In this document: positions 19,744-29,563 of the stretch, one piece after another | Layout of the letters: the number at the start of each line of letters is the position of its first letter | Position numbering within the stretch: position 1 is the first letter of the stretch | From: Candidatus Marinacidobacterales bacterium | GTDB lineage: Bacteria; Acidobacteriota; Vicinamibacteria; Marinacidobacterales; DATDRI01 | NCBI GenBank assembly: GCA_965219415.1 | Contig: OZ244742.1 | Coordinates: forward strand, 1,280,001-1,344,000 | Length of the DNA stretch: 64,000 bases | Reading direction: 5' to 3' | The notes under the pieces: generated by a model | Told to the model about the DNA's origin: nothing | The model's database searches: none | Seen by the model: the letters and a program-made list of their open reading frames with translations, nothing else | Made by a program: the position numbers and the translations under genes

Positions 19744-19788
19744 GCCGAGGGAAAAGCGGCTCCGCAGGTTCCCAAGGAGGTCAGCGCC

Positions 19789-20346
19789 ATGTCAAAGAAA
19801 ATTATCGACGACGCGAAACGGCGCATGGACTCATCCCTCGACGTGCTCAAGAAAGAGCTGGTGGCGATTCGAACCGGCCGCGCCTCGCTTGCCATCCTGG
19901 ATGGTGTCACGGTGGATTACTACGGAACTCAGACTCCCCTAAATCAGGTCGCCAATCTTGCGGTGCCAGAAGGGAACCTGATTACGGTGCAGCCGTGGGA
20001 GCCGGCCCTACTAGCGGAGATCGAAAAGGCTATCTTGTCTTCCGAGCTAGATCTCAATCCGGCCAACGATGGAAAGCTCCTCCGGATTCCCATCCCTCCT
20101 CTCACAGAGGAACGACGTAGGATCCTCGTGAAACACGTCGGCAAGGTCGCCGAAGAAACCCGGACCGCCATCCGACAGGTTCGTCGGGATGCCAATGATC
20201 ACTTGAAGAAGCTCCTCAAGGAGAAGGAGCTCTCGGAAGACGAGGAGAAGCGTGCACTGAAACAAGTGCAGGACCTTACCGACCAGCACATTAAGATAGT
20301 CGATGAGCTCGCGACGAAGAAGGAAGAAGAGCTCATGACGGTCTAG
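19789..20346 (+). CDS. frr: Ribosome recycling factor
   Basis: IRTGRAS, VDYYG, PPLTEERR, RQVRRDAN. Confidence 0.97.
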   Translation: MSKKIIDDAKRRMDSSLDVLKKELVAIRTGRASLAILDGVTVDYYGTQTPLNQVANLAVPEGNLITVQPWEPALLAEIEKAILSSELDLNPANDGKLLRIPIPPLTEERRRILVKHVGKVAEETRTAIRQVRRDANDHLKKLLKEKELSEDEEKRALKQVQDLTDQHIKIVDELATKKEEELMTV

Positions 20347-20394
20347 AAACGACGCGCCAAGAACCCTTTCCGCAAGAAACCGTCCTTTCTCGAC

Positions 20395-21582
20395 ATGCCC
20401 CAAACCCTGTTTACGCATTTGGAATGCGCTCGATGCCACCGAGAGCTCGATGGCGGGAAGCCGCAGCGGTTGTGCTCCTGCGGCTCTCCCCTGCTGGCGC
20501 GCTACGACCTCGACCAAGGCCGCCAGATCATCGGTGATCCTGGTGTGCTTCGGGACAGACGCCGCGACTTGTGGCGCTATGCAGAGATGCTACCGGTCCG
20601 CGACCCGAGGTTTCGCGCCGCCCTCGGCGAGGGAGGAACGCCGCTCACCTTGGCTTCTCGCCTGGGCGAACGGCTGGGCATGTCGCGTCTTTTCATCAAA
20701 GACGAGTCGCTGAACCCGACCGGGAGTTTCAAGGCACGCGGACTTTCTCTGGCGGTGTCGATGGCCAAACAGGTAGGAGTCAAGGAGCTCGCCATTCCGA
20801 CGGCCGGAAACGCTGGAGGAGCGCTCGCCGCTTACGCCGCTAGGATGGGACTCCCCGCCCACATCGTCATGCCTCGCGACGTTCCACGGGCCAACGCGGT
20901 GGAATGTGAAGCTTATGGTGCCGACGTCCGCTACGTTGAGGGATTGATCACCGACGCTGGACGGCTGGTCGGCGAGCTCTCGGAAGAGCACGGATGGTTC
21001 GACGTATCCACTCTCAAGGAGCCCTATCGGATCGAAGGCAAAAAGACCATGGGTTACGAGCTCTTCGAACAGCTCGAGAGACGACTCCCGGACGTCATCT
21101 TCTACCCTACCGGCGGCGGTACCGGCATGATCGGCATGTGGAAAGCCTTCGACGAGATGCAAGGTCTCGGTTGGATCGACGATCGCCGACCTCGGATGGT
21201 CACGGTCCAGTCCACCGGCTGCGCCCCTATCGTACGTGCCTTCGAAGAAGGAACGGAGACCGCCGAGATGTGGGAGAACGCACATACGATCGCTTCCGGT
21301 CTCCGTGTACCGAGAGCGATCGGTGACTTCCTCATTCTTCGCGCCATCAGGGAAAGTGACGGCACAGCCGTCGCGGTTTCCGACGAGGCCATCCGCGAAG
21401 CCGTGTCGTCCATTGCGGCGGAGGAGGGCATCTACGCCGCCCCCGAAGGAGCGGCTTGTCTCGTGGCGACGGAAAAGCTCCTAGAACAGGGCTGGCTCGA
21501 CCGAGAGGAGACGGTCGTGCTTTTCAACACCGGCTCGGGCTTGAAATATACCGAGGCGCTCTCCATCAAGTCCGCGATATAA
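20395..21582 (+). CDS. thrC: Threonine synthase-like PLP enzyme
   Basis: GEGGTPL, KDESLNPTGSFKARG, TAGNAG, YRIEGKKT, PTGGG, NTGSGLK. Confidence 0.85.
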   Translation: MPQTLFTHLECARCHRELDGGKPQRLCSCGSPLLARYDLDQGRQIIGDPGVLRDRRRDLWRYAEMLPVRDPRFRAALGEGGTPLTLASRLGERLGMSRLFIKDESLNPTGSFKARGLSLAVSMAKQVGVKELAIPTAGNAGGALAAYAARMGLPAHIVMPRDVPRANAVECEAYGADVRYVEGLITDAGRLVGELSEEHGWFDVSTLKEPYRIEGKKTMGYELFEQLERRLPDVIFYPTGGGTGMIGMWKAFDEMQGLGWIDDRRPRMVTVQSTGCAPIVRAFEEGTETAEMWENAHTIASGLRVPRAIGDFLILRAIRESDGTAVAVSDEAIREAVSSIAAEEGIYAAPEGAACLVATEKLLEQGWLDREETVVLFNTGSGLKYTEALSIKSAI

Positions 21583-22775
21583 CCAGGAAACTCTATCTCG
21601 ACGACCCTTACCAGCTTTCTTTCGATGGTCACATTGTGCAACGAGAGGAAACGTCGGACGGCTCCGCGGTGGTCTTGGAGGAGACATACTTCTATCCCGA
21701 GTCCGGAGGCCAACCGTACGATCTCGGAACCATCGACGGCATTTCGCTCCGTCGCGTGGAGGAGCGGGGTGAAGAAATTTTCCACCTCCTCGATCGGATG
21801 CCGGAGAAAGATCGCGTCCGTTGTGTCGTCGATGGAGCGCGGCGCCATGAGCACATGCAGCAACACAGCGGCCAGCATATTCTCTCCGCCGCCTTCATCA
21901 AAGAAGCAAACGCTCAGACTCTCTCGTTTCATCTCGGGAGCTCAACCAGTACCATCGACCTAGACGCGACGGCACTCGCTCCGGAATCCTTGTCCGCGGC
22001 AGAGCGCGAAGCGAACCGCGCGGTGCGCGAGGCAGCTCCCATCCGAAGCTTCTTCGTGAAGCCCAATGAAGCGTCGAAACTCAAGCTCCGCAAGGCGCCC
22101 GAGGTGGAAGGGATCCTTCGCATCGTGGAGGTCGAGGGTTTCGACATTCAGGCGTGCTGCGGCACCCACCCCAGAAACGCCTCCGAAGTCGGTCCCATCC
22201 TGCTCCGGAGGGCAGAGCGGTTCAAGAAAGGGATGCGGGTGGAGTTTGTTTGCGGCGACCGGGCGCTAAGAGACTACCGGGTCACGGTCGAGAAACTCCG
22301 TGCGCTCTCCCAGCTGTTCGCTGCTTCTGAGGAGAAGTTGTTAGAAGCGGCGGAAAAACTCTCCGAAGAGAAAAACAACCTTCGCAAGACTCTTCAATCG
22401 CTGCGGGAGGAACTGGTCCAACACCGGGCGCTTCGTATGGCCGAGGAGTCACCGGCGGTGGATGCGATCACGGTCGTCGTGCAGCGCGTGGACGATGTGA
22501 CGCCCGCGGAATTGAGGCTCCTCGCCAACCATGTCGTCAAGGAGACCGGACGCATCGCGTGCCTGGGATGCGTCGCGGAGGAGCGTGCCCATTTGGTCTT
22601 CGGCCGCTCCAAGGAGCTAACCGTCGACATGGCCGCCTTGCTTCGCGAGTGCCTCGGCCCAGTAGAAGGCAAAGGAGGCTGCTCCCCTCAGATGGCCCAG
22701 GGCGGTGGCCCCAAGACTTCAGATCTGGATGACGCGCTCGCAATCGCCCGGCAATCTCTCGAGAAACAACTTTAG
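21579..22775 (+). CDS. AlaX-type alanyl-tRNA editing protein with DHHA1 domain
   Basis: TRKLYLDDPY, FYPESGGQPYDLG, QHSGQH and CCGTH Zn ligands, GKGG.SPQMAQGGG. The apparent start codon reads ATA. Confidence 0.85.
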   Translation: MTRKLYLDDPYQLSFDGHIVQREETSDGSAVVLEETYFYPESGGQPYDLGTIDGISLRRVEERGEEIFHLLDRMPEKDRVRCVVDGARRHEHMQQHSGQHILSAAFIKEANAQTLSFHLGSSTSTIDLDATALAPESLSAAEREANRAVREAAPIRSFFVKPNEASKLKLRKAPEVEGILRIVEVEGFDIQACCGTHPRNASEVGPILLRRAERFKKGMRVEFVCGDRALRDYRVTVEKLRALSQLFAASEEKLLEAAEKLSEEKNNLRKTLQSLREELVQHRALRMAEESPAVDAITVVVQRVDDVTPAELRLLANHVVKETGRIACLGCVAEERAHLVFGRSKELTVDMAALLRECLGPVEGKGGCSPQMAQGGGPKTSDLDDALAIARQSLEKQL

Positions 22776-24208
22776 GCCCGCCGCTTCACGCCCCGCTCGC
22801 GCGAGTTCCTCTCGAATTTGTACCAAGACTTGTCTCCCCGAACGAATTCGATAATACCCTGCCAACGAGCCAGGAGAATGAGCGGCCTGTAGACTAGGAA
22901 CTCGATCGAGCCGAGAAGAACGAGCTCCCCCAGAGAGCTCAAGCTATAGCTACGGGAGCCGATATCCTGTAACAACACTCCGGCATTGGTGAGAATCCCG
23001 TTGGCGAACACCTGTGCACCCAAGAAGAGAAAGAACCCCGGCCACCCGATGACACCCAACCACCAAGCGAGCCCGACCACCAACAAACTCAAGAATTCCA
23101 TGAAAGGGGCCAGGCCTTCGTAAAACACGTAGTACGGCATCCCGAGCAGCCCAACTGCGCCGTAGCGAGGGTTAGCGAACAAGCGCCGGTACGCCCAGAT
23201 GGCCTCCAAGATCGTCCTCTGCCACCTCGCGCGCTGTGAGATCAAAGGACCCACTCGAGTCGGACCCTCCGACGCACCCACGATGTCCGGCATGCAAAGG
23301 ACCTGGTACGGCTTCTTGGAATGGAGGAAGTGCCTGTGAACCCGGAAGGTAAACTCCAGATCCTCGCACGTGAAGTCGGGTGAGAACCCACCCAGTTCCT
23401 GGACCACGTCCCTCCTCCAAACCGAGAAGACACACGCCACGCAGAGCATGATCTTCAATCGGCTCCAGGCAAGACGGTTGTTGAGGAAGGAACGGAGGAA
23501 ATCTAGGTATTGGAAATCGACCAACGGTCTCCTGTCGATCACCATCTGCCCAGAGCCATTCATGAGGCGCGCCTCTGGCTGGCTGCCTACCGCCACCGGG
23601 CTGGTGATCCCAATGACTCGCGCGGGATCCTTCTGCGCCAACCGCATGGTCTTGAGCAAAGCGTCCGGGGCATAGAACGTGTCGGCGTCAACGCAGCACA
23701 CATAACGATAGCGGGACAAGTTGACGCCGCAATTCATGGCATCGGCCTTGCCTACGTTCTCCTTGTCTACGACAACGAGCCGGGGCTCTTTCTTGCTGCG
23801 GTAGATGCTACGTATTTCCCGGCACGGCAAAACTCTCCGAAAAAAAACCTGGCGCAGCTCCAGCTCGAACTCTTCCTTCAGCAGATCCAACGTTCGATCC
23901 GTCGAACCGTCGTTGACCACAACGACTTCGTGCTCCGGATACTCCAATTCCAAGAGCGAACGGACGGCCGCCAGAATGATCACCTCCTCGTTGTAGGCGG
24001 GGGCGATGACGCTCACCGGGATCGTGAATCGGGACGCCGCAATGACATCGAAGTCTTCGGCTCTTTCTTCCCGGTTCCGAATCAACGCTTGCACGCCGGC
24101 GACCAGCGCCAAAGACAAGTACAGGAGTGTCGCCCCAACGAGGTAAACCAGACAGCCGAGATAGCCCCAGTAGACCAACGCCACCAACGATGCCGGAGGG
24201 GGCATCAT
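22772..24208 (-). CDS. Processive GT2 glycosyltransferase (PgaC/IcaA-like)
   Basis: PAYNEE, NDGSTD, GKADAMN, DADT, ED and QRARW motifs; flanking TM helices. Confidence 0.88.
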   Translation of the reverse strand: MMPPPASLVALVYWGYLGCLVYLVGATLLYLSLALVAGVQALIRNREERAEDFDVIAASRFTIPVSVIAPAYNEEVIILAAVRSLLELEYPEHEVVVVNDGSTDRTLDLLKEEFELELRQVFFRRVLPCREIRSIYRSKKEPRLVVVDKENVGKADAMNCGVNLSRYRYVCCVDADTFYAPDALLKTMRLAQKDPARVIGITSPVAVGSQPEARLMNGSGQMVIDRRPLVDFQYLDFLRSFLNNRLAWSRLKIMLCVACVFSVWRRDVVQELGGFSPDFTCEDLEFTFRVHRHFLHSKKPYQVLCMPDIVGASEGPTRVGPLISQRARWQRTILEAIWAYRRLFANPRYGAVGLLGMPYYVFYEGLAPFMEFLSLLVVGLAWWLGVIGWPGFFLFLGAQVFANGILTNAGVLLQDIGSRSYSLSSLGELVLLGSIEFLVYRPLILLARWQGIIEFVRGDKSWYKFERNSRERGVKRRA

Positions 24209-25437
24209 TTCGGAGGGCCCCCCGCCTCCTCGAGCCCCAGCTCCTCGAGTAGCTCGGCCAAGCCGGGAAGCTCGCGATTACGCCAAGCCACAAACTGGAC
24301 GAGACGTGCCCCTCCGGCGGAGAAAGCCTTGCGGAGGGCCTCTCGGGTGGTCTCGTCTTTGTCACCGCGAGCGGCGCGCTCGACCGCCTCCTCCAACCAG
24401 CCTCCGTTTTGCAAGACTTCGGCGGCGCCATTGCGGGCAAAGCGGTCATCATGGTCCAGTAGCGCTACGACGCTTTCCCAGGCTCCTTCTCCCATCGCCA
24501 GAAGAGATTCCTTCGCAGCCATGCGGACCCACCACTCCCGATCGCTGAGCAATGGAACAACGTGTCCGGCAAGGTCTTGGCGCCCCAGATCCCCGAGAGC
24601 ACGAGCCGCGTGTGCTTTCACGTACCAAATGGGATCATCGAGAAGCTTCAACGCCGCCGATGCCGCGGCAGGTCCGCCGATAAGCCCTAAACTTTCGACC
24701 GCCGCTTTCCTCACTAGCGGTTCCGCATCCTCGGCCAGCTCGTCGAGCTTGCCCCCCAGCCAGGTCGTCTCCGGGTAGCGTGAAAGAAGAGTCGCGGCCC
24801 AAAAACGAGCCGGCGGCGACGGCGAGCCGAGCAGCGGAAGAAGTTGGTCGGGGATCGGAACCGGGAAGCCATCTAGGTGGGCCGCGATACGCGATGGCGG
24901 GTAGAGCTCGCGTGAAAGAGCGTCAACAAGAAGCTTGGCCGCCTCATGGATTCCCATGTCCCCGAGGATAACCACGGCGGCGCCAACCACATCCTGATCT
25001 CGATCGATGAGCGCCCGCTCGAGCAGCGGCAGAATGTCTTCGTAAGCAATGTGAAAGAGTATGCGAAGCGCGGTCACTCGTTTCCATTTCCCGTACTCGC
25101 GACGATGCGAGCTCGCGTACGCGAGCCAGGTAGTAACGCCCCATTTGTTTACCAAGTAGGTCGAAAACGCTTCAGCAACCCACCGCGAGGACGCCGCGTC
25201 GGCAGGCACTCTTTCCAACGTTCTTCGTGGGAGCCGGCTAAGGCGCCGCTCCATCCACCTCCCGCGCTCCTCGGATGACGCCTCGCGACCGATATCCGCC
25301 AACCACTCCCGAGCCCGGCGCACCCGCCGACGCCAATCGTAGACGGAACGACTAATTAAGATGTATGCCAAGGACGCCAACCAAAGGAAGGCGACGACGA
25401 CGAACAAGGGAAGAAGAAACGAATCGAACTCTTTCAA
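24205..25437 (-). CDS. Membrane-anchored HEAT-repeat protein
   Basis: N-terminal TM, repeated (V)RxxAAxALG units (VKAHAARALG, VRMAAKESL). Confidence 0.8.
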   Translation of the reverse strand: MKEFDSFLLPLFVVVAFLWLASLAYILISRSVYDWRRRVRRAREWLADIGREASSEERGRWMERRLSRLPRRTLERVPADAASSRWVAEAFSTYLVNKWGVTTWLAYASSHRREYGKWKRVTALRILFHIAYEDILPLLERALIDRDQDVVGAAVVILGDMGIHEAAKLLVDALSRELYPPSRIAAHLDGFPVPIPDQLLPLLGSPSPPARFWAATLLSRYPETTWLGGKLDELAEDAEPLVRKAAVESLGLIGGPAAASAALKLLDDPIWYVKAHAARALGDLGRQDLAGHVVPLLSDREWWVRMAAKESLLAMGEGAWESVVALLDHDDRFARNGAAEVLQNGGWLEEAVERAARGDKDETTREALRKAFSAGGARLVQFVAWRNRELPGLAELLEELGLEEAGGPPK

Positions 25438-26258
25438 AAGGATCTCCGGTAATTCAGAGACCCAAGCTCCGCCTATCGAAGGAGGGCTCCTCGTGGGCGA
25501 CGTCGAGCACGATCCCTACCTGATCTTTGGGCGTGATACCGAAGCGCAAGTCGACGAAGGTCAGCCACCCCTCCGCCAGCTCATTGACCAGCGAAGTGAC
25601 GTCGAAGATACGCTCCCCGGCTGCGACTCCCCCTGAAAGGCGAAAACGAGGTGCGACATACCAAAGTCCTCGAAGCAGGTAGGAGGCTCGAATTCACGTC
25701 GAGCGCTTGGTTGCGTACCAAGTTGACCTGCCCACCAACCTCGCCCTTCGCGAAGTAGTAAGTGGCGCCCGGCGAGACGATGCGAACCTCGGTAGAACTG
25801 AAGTTCACGTATCGATAGGCCACGGTGCCGACCAAACCCCCCGCCAGCCGACGTGAGAGCGCCCCCTCGGCCATGTATCGAAAGTAGAATTCTGGGTCGG
25901 CGGTGAACCCTGCCCGACCATTGATGGCCCAGTCTCCAAAACGCTTATAGGCGGCACCGATGAACACGTGATCGACGAGCCGATCCCGCCGCTGCACTTC
26001 GAAGGCAATGTAAAAGCCGCCGGTGGTCGGGTTCTGATAGGTGAGCTGGGCGCGGTCGGTGCCCCAAGTCACGTCACGCTCACCGATGGAAACATCGGAA
26101 CGGGCGGCTCCGATTTGGAAAGACCAGAACTCGCCCTGCGCGAGTGTCTCTGGCGGGAGAAGTAAGAGGGCGACGGCTAGCGCCGAGGCAAACGCCCCCC
26201 GGCGGGCAATCCTAGCCGGCCTAGCCGGGAAGCCGCGGGCTTTCGTCCGCGTGATCAC
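25434..26258 (-). CDS. YaiO-family outer-membrane beta-barrel, with two apparent frameshifts (~25685, ~25457)
   Basis: Signal peptide, amphipathic beta strands, GERIFD motif in the shifted frame. The repaired C-terminus NYRRSF* overlaps the HEAT gene start (TTGA). Confidence 0.6.
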
Positions 26259-26505
26259 CAGACGTACTCTTGACTCCGAACATCTACACCCATCACCCCT
26301 CGACACCCCCACCCTTTACGAGGATCTCGGTCTCCCGGGCTCCGGCACACAACTGGCCGGGAGACGACGCACTCGTCGGACTTGGTTGGGTGAACAAAGC
26401 TTATACCATGGCACTCGTTCTAAGAAACCACGGAGCCCGGGAGCTCCGGCCCCGGAGGCATCAGTTTTTTGGTACATTAGCGGCGACGTCGAGGAAGAGG
26501 ATCTT

Positions 26506-27561
26506 ATGCGGATCTTATTAAAGGGTTGGGCTACGTTGCTACTAACGGCAATCTGCGTGGCGGGGTGCGCCCAAACCGAACCAGAAGGCACCGGTGCGAC
26601 GCCCTCCGGGGAGAGGAAGTTCCTGAGCATAGGTACCGCCCCTCCCGGGGGAGCGTTCTTCGTGGTCGGCGGCGCGATCGCCGAGGTGCTCAACCAACAT
26701 AGCGGTGCGAACAAATGGGATGTGACCGCGGAGGCTACGAAAGGATCGCAAGAGAACATCCGTCGACTCGCAAGCGGTGAGCTCGAACTCGGCTTGGCCA
26801 ACTCAGCCATTACGTACTTCGCCGTCCGCGGCGAAGGGGGCTGGGAAAAAGGCTACGAGATGCGCACGGTGATGACTCTCGCTTCCAACGTCGCCCTGTT
26901 TGTTGCTCCTGCCGACTCCGGAGTCCGCGAGATTACCGACTTCAAGGGAAAGCGGATCGTCGTCGGCGTTGCGGGGGCTGGCTTCGAATACTTCGTAGGA
27001 CCTTTGCTGGCAGCTCACGGTGTGACCTATGAGGACTTCAAGCCACTCCACAACACCCAGCTAGGCGCAGTCGACATGCTTAGCGACGGCGCAGCAGCGG
27101 CAGCCTTCCTCGGTGGCGCGGTGCCCACCGCCTCCATCACTCAAGCCTCCACGTCTCGGGACGTCCTGTTCGTTCCATACTCGGACGAAGCGAAAACCCA
27201 GCTTGTCCGAACGTATCCATTCTTCCGCCCGGCCACGATTCCGGCCGGCACCTACCCCGGCCAGAACGAAGACTTCGACGGCCTGGACGTTGGTTCCATG
27301 CATTTGATCACGAGCTCTGCCGCGGACGCGGAGTTGGTCTACCAGCTCACGCGCACGATTTATGAGAATCGAGACGGGGTTACCGAAAGGCACGCCGCCG
27401 GCCGGGCCATTACTCGCGCGAACGTGATTCGCGACACAGGAACGCCCTTTCACGCGGGAGCGGTCAGGTACTACGAGGAGATCGGCATCTGGACCGCAAG
27501 GCCTGCAAGACCTGCAAGGAACGACAACGCGGGCGCCGTTCAGAACTCCGAAAACCCCTAA
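26506..27561 (+). CDS. TAXI-family TRAP transporter solute-binding lipoprotein
   Basis: VAGC lipobox, IGTAPPGGAFF, ATKGSQENI, PFHAGAVRYY. Confidence 0.9.
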   Translation: MRILLKGWATLLLTAICVAGCAQTEPEGTGATPSGERKFLSIGTAPPGGAFFVVGGAIAEVLNQHSGANKWDVTAEATKGSQENIRRLASGELELGLANSAITYFAVRGEGGWEKGYEMRTVMTLASNVALFVAPADSGVREITDFKGKRIVVGVAGAGFEYFVGPLLAAHGVTYEDFKPLHNTQLGAVDMLSDGAAAAAFLGGAVPTASITQASTSRDVLFVPYSDEAKTQLVRTYPFFRPATIPAGTYPGQNEDFDGLDVGSMHLITSSAADAELVYQLTRTIYENRDGVTERHAAGRAITRANVIRDTGTPFHAGAVRYYEEIGIWTARPARPARNDNAGAVQNSENP

Positions 27562-27572
27562 ACCACCCCCTC

Positions 27573-29528
27573 ATGTCGAGCCGGGCACGCGAAACGAGCA
27601 TGAGTGTGCTCGCGATCCTCCTCTCCGTTTTCACTCTGGTGGAAGTAAACTATCCCCTGCTCTCCCCGCAGTCGCAGTTAGCGATCTTCGCGATGCTGGG
27701 GATCATCTGGGGTTTCCTGGCGTCTCCGATGAGCCGGCGTTCAAGAGGCACTCGGATTTCGACGGCAGTCGACATCCTGGTCTCTATCGCCACCGCGGTC
27801 ACCTGCCTCTACATCGTTGTGCAAACGGAACCCTGGCTCCAGTCCTTCTGGTTGGACGGGCGCTCCCTGGGTAATCGTGCCGGAGCCGAGACCGCTGCCG
27901 ACTTCTTTATCGGGGCCGTCGGCATCCTGCTGGTACTCGAGGCGACACGACGCTCGATCGGTCTCGCCCTGCCGCTGCTGGCCACGCTCTTCTTGGTGTA
28001 CGCGTACTTTCGAGCCTATTTCCCGGACTGGCTCTTCCCTCAACGCGGCTACTCAGTGGAGCGAATCGTCGCTCAGACGTTCCTTCACGACCTCGGAGTC
28101 TTCGGCACCGCGCTCAAGGTGATGTTCACATATGTCTTTCTCTTCGTTCTCTTCGGCGCCCTGCTCGAGGTGACCGGAGCGACACAGTTCATCATTGATT
28201 ACGCGCAAAGGATCTTTCGCGGCTCCCGGGGAGGCGCGGCCAAGGTCGCGGTCCTCAGCAGCGGATTGATGGGCTCGCTCTCTGGCAGTGCAGTCGCGAA
28301 CGCGGCGACGACCGGAACTTTCACCATTCCCCTCATGCGAAGCGCCGGCTTCCGGCCCCACATCGCTGCCGGAGTGACCGCCGCGGCGAGCTCGGGCGGT
28401 GCACTCGTTCCTCCGGTCATGGGAGCCGGTGCTTACATGATGCTCGAGATCATCGATCCTCCGGTGACTTACCTCGAGATCATTCGGGCCGCGGTGATAC
28501 CGGCGTTTCTTTTTTATTTGGCGCTCTTTCTCATCGTCCATTTCTACGCACGGCGGGTTGGCACGACCGAACCAGTAGACGTATCTTCCGGTGGAGGTAA
28601 TAGCAATCGATTCGAGGGCTTCGTCTTCGTCAGCGCGCTGGGGTCTTTGATCTCTTTCTTGCTCGCCGGCTACACCGTCTTTCGCGCCGTCACTCTTGCC
28701 CTGGTGGTGGTCTTCATCACCAGCTTCTTCCATCCCCGCACACGGATCGGCCTCAGGCGCGCCGCCGACGCGATGGGGAAAGCTGCTCGCGGGGGCATTT
28801 CGTTGATCGCCGCTTCTGCCTGCGTCGGAATCATTCTCGGCGTGGTGACACTCACTGGCATCGGCACCAAGTTCCCATCCATGATCTTGCAGATGGCTGG
28901 CGACAACCTCCCCCTCGCGTTGGTGTTGATCATGATCGGCTCCATCGTCCTGGGAATGGGCCTACCTTCAGCCGTCTGTTATCTGCTCATGGCGACCCTC
29001 ATCGGATCCGTCCTCAACCAGTTGGAAGTGGTGCCCCTCGCATCGCACCTCTTCATCTTTTATTTCGGAATGATGTCGATGGTGACGCCGCCAGTCGCGC
29101 TGGCGGCCTATACCACCGCCTCCATTGCTGGCAGCGGGATCATGCGGACCGCGTTCGCGGCCTTCCGGTTCGCTCTCGTCGGCTTCACGCTTCCCTTCAT
29201 GTTCGTGTTTCGGCCGGAGCTTTTGTTCATGACACCGAGCGGCGACACCCCGGGATTGACTAGTGTCGGGATCGCGGTAACGATGGCGATTCTGGGAATC
29301 GTCCCTCTCGCCGCCGGTATCGCCGGCTACCTTTGGACGCCTCTTTCCATAGCCGTGCGCGGCTGCTTGCTACTGGCATCGGCACTCCTTCTCTACCCCG
29401 GTCAAGACGATTTCTTGAGGTTGGGAATTTCGTTGGTGAACCTCATTGGCGCGACCCTACTGGGTATACTCGTTTTCACACAGTGGGCCCGAAGGCCGCA
29501 GCCCGGTCGAGCCGACGAGAATGGCTAG
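27573..29528 (+). CDS. TRAP transporter fused 4TM/12TM permease
   Basis: LEATRR, GGAAKVAV, SGSAVANAATTGTFTIPLM, PPVMGAGAY, LGMGLP, VTPPVALAAY. Confidence 0.92.
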   Translation: MSSRARETSMSVLAILLSVFTLVEVNYPLLSPQSQLAIFAMLGIIWGFLASPMSRRSRGTRISTAVDILVSIATAVTCLYIVVQTEPWLQSFWLDGRSLGNRAGAETAADFFIGAVGILLVLEATRRSIGLALPLLATLFLVYAYFRAYFPDWLFPQRGYSVERIVAQTFLHDLGVFGTALKVMFTYVFLFVLFGALLEVTGATQFIIDYAQRIFRGSRGGAAKVAVLSSGLMGSLSGSAVANAATTGTFTIPLMRSAGFRPHIAAGVTAAASSGGALVPPVMGAGAYMMLEIIDPPVTYLEIIRAAVIPAFLFYLALFLIVHFYARRVGTTEPVDVSSGGGNSNRFEGFVFVSALGSLISFLLAGYTVFRAVTLALVVVFITSFFHPRTRIGLRRAADAMGKAARGGISLIAASACVGIILGVVTLTGIGTKFPSMILQMAGDNLPLALVLIMIGSIVLGMGLPSAVCYLLMATLIGSVLNQLEVVPLASHLFIFYFGMMSMVTPPVALAAYTTASIAGSGIMRTAFAAFRFALVGFTLPFMFVFRPELLFMTPSGDTPGLTSVGIAVTMAILGIVPLAAGIAGYLWTPLSIAVRGCLLLASALLLYPGQDDFLRLGISLVNLIGATLLGILVFTQWARRPQPGRADENG

Positions 29529-29563
29529 AATAGGGCCAGCAAACTGAGGAGCCGGTAAAGGTA

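Noticed and set aside
23510-24778. 422-aa plus-strand ORF and similar long antisense ORFs (e.g. 9601-10413, 33021-33851)
   Set aside because: Shadow ORFs opposite well-supported genes, expected in GC-rich DNA, with no recognisable motifs.
25455-25460. In-frame TGA in the YaiO tail as possible selenocysteine or read-through
   Set aside because: A small indel restores a canonical barrel C-terminus (NYRRSF*) that overlaps the next start codon.
26041-26505. 155-aa N-terminal extension of the TAXI protein in the ORF track
   Set aside because: It overlaps the divergent YaiO gene; the SD, ATG at 26506 and lipobox define the real start.
27494-27520. CCTGCAAG-type 9-bp repeats at the end of the TAXI gene
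   Set aside because: Trivial in-frame repeat encoding ARPARPAR in a disordered tail.
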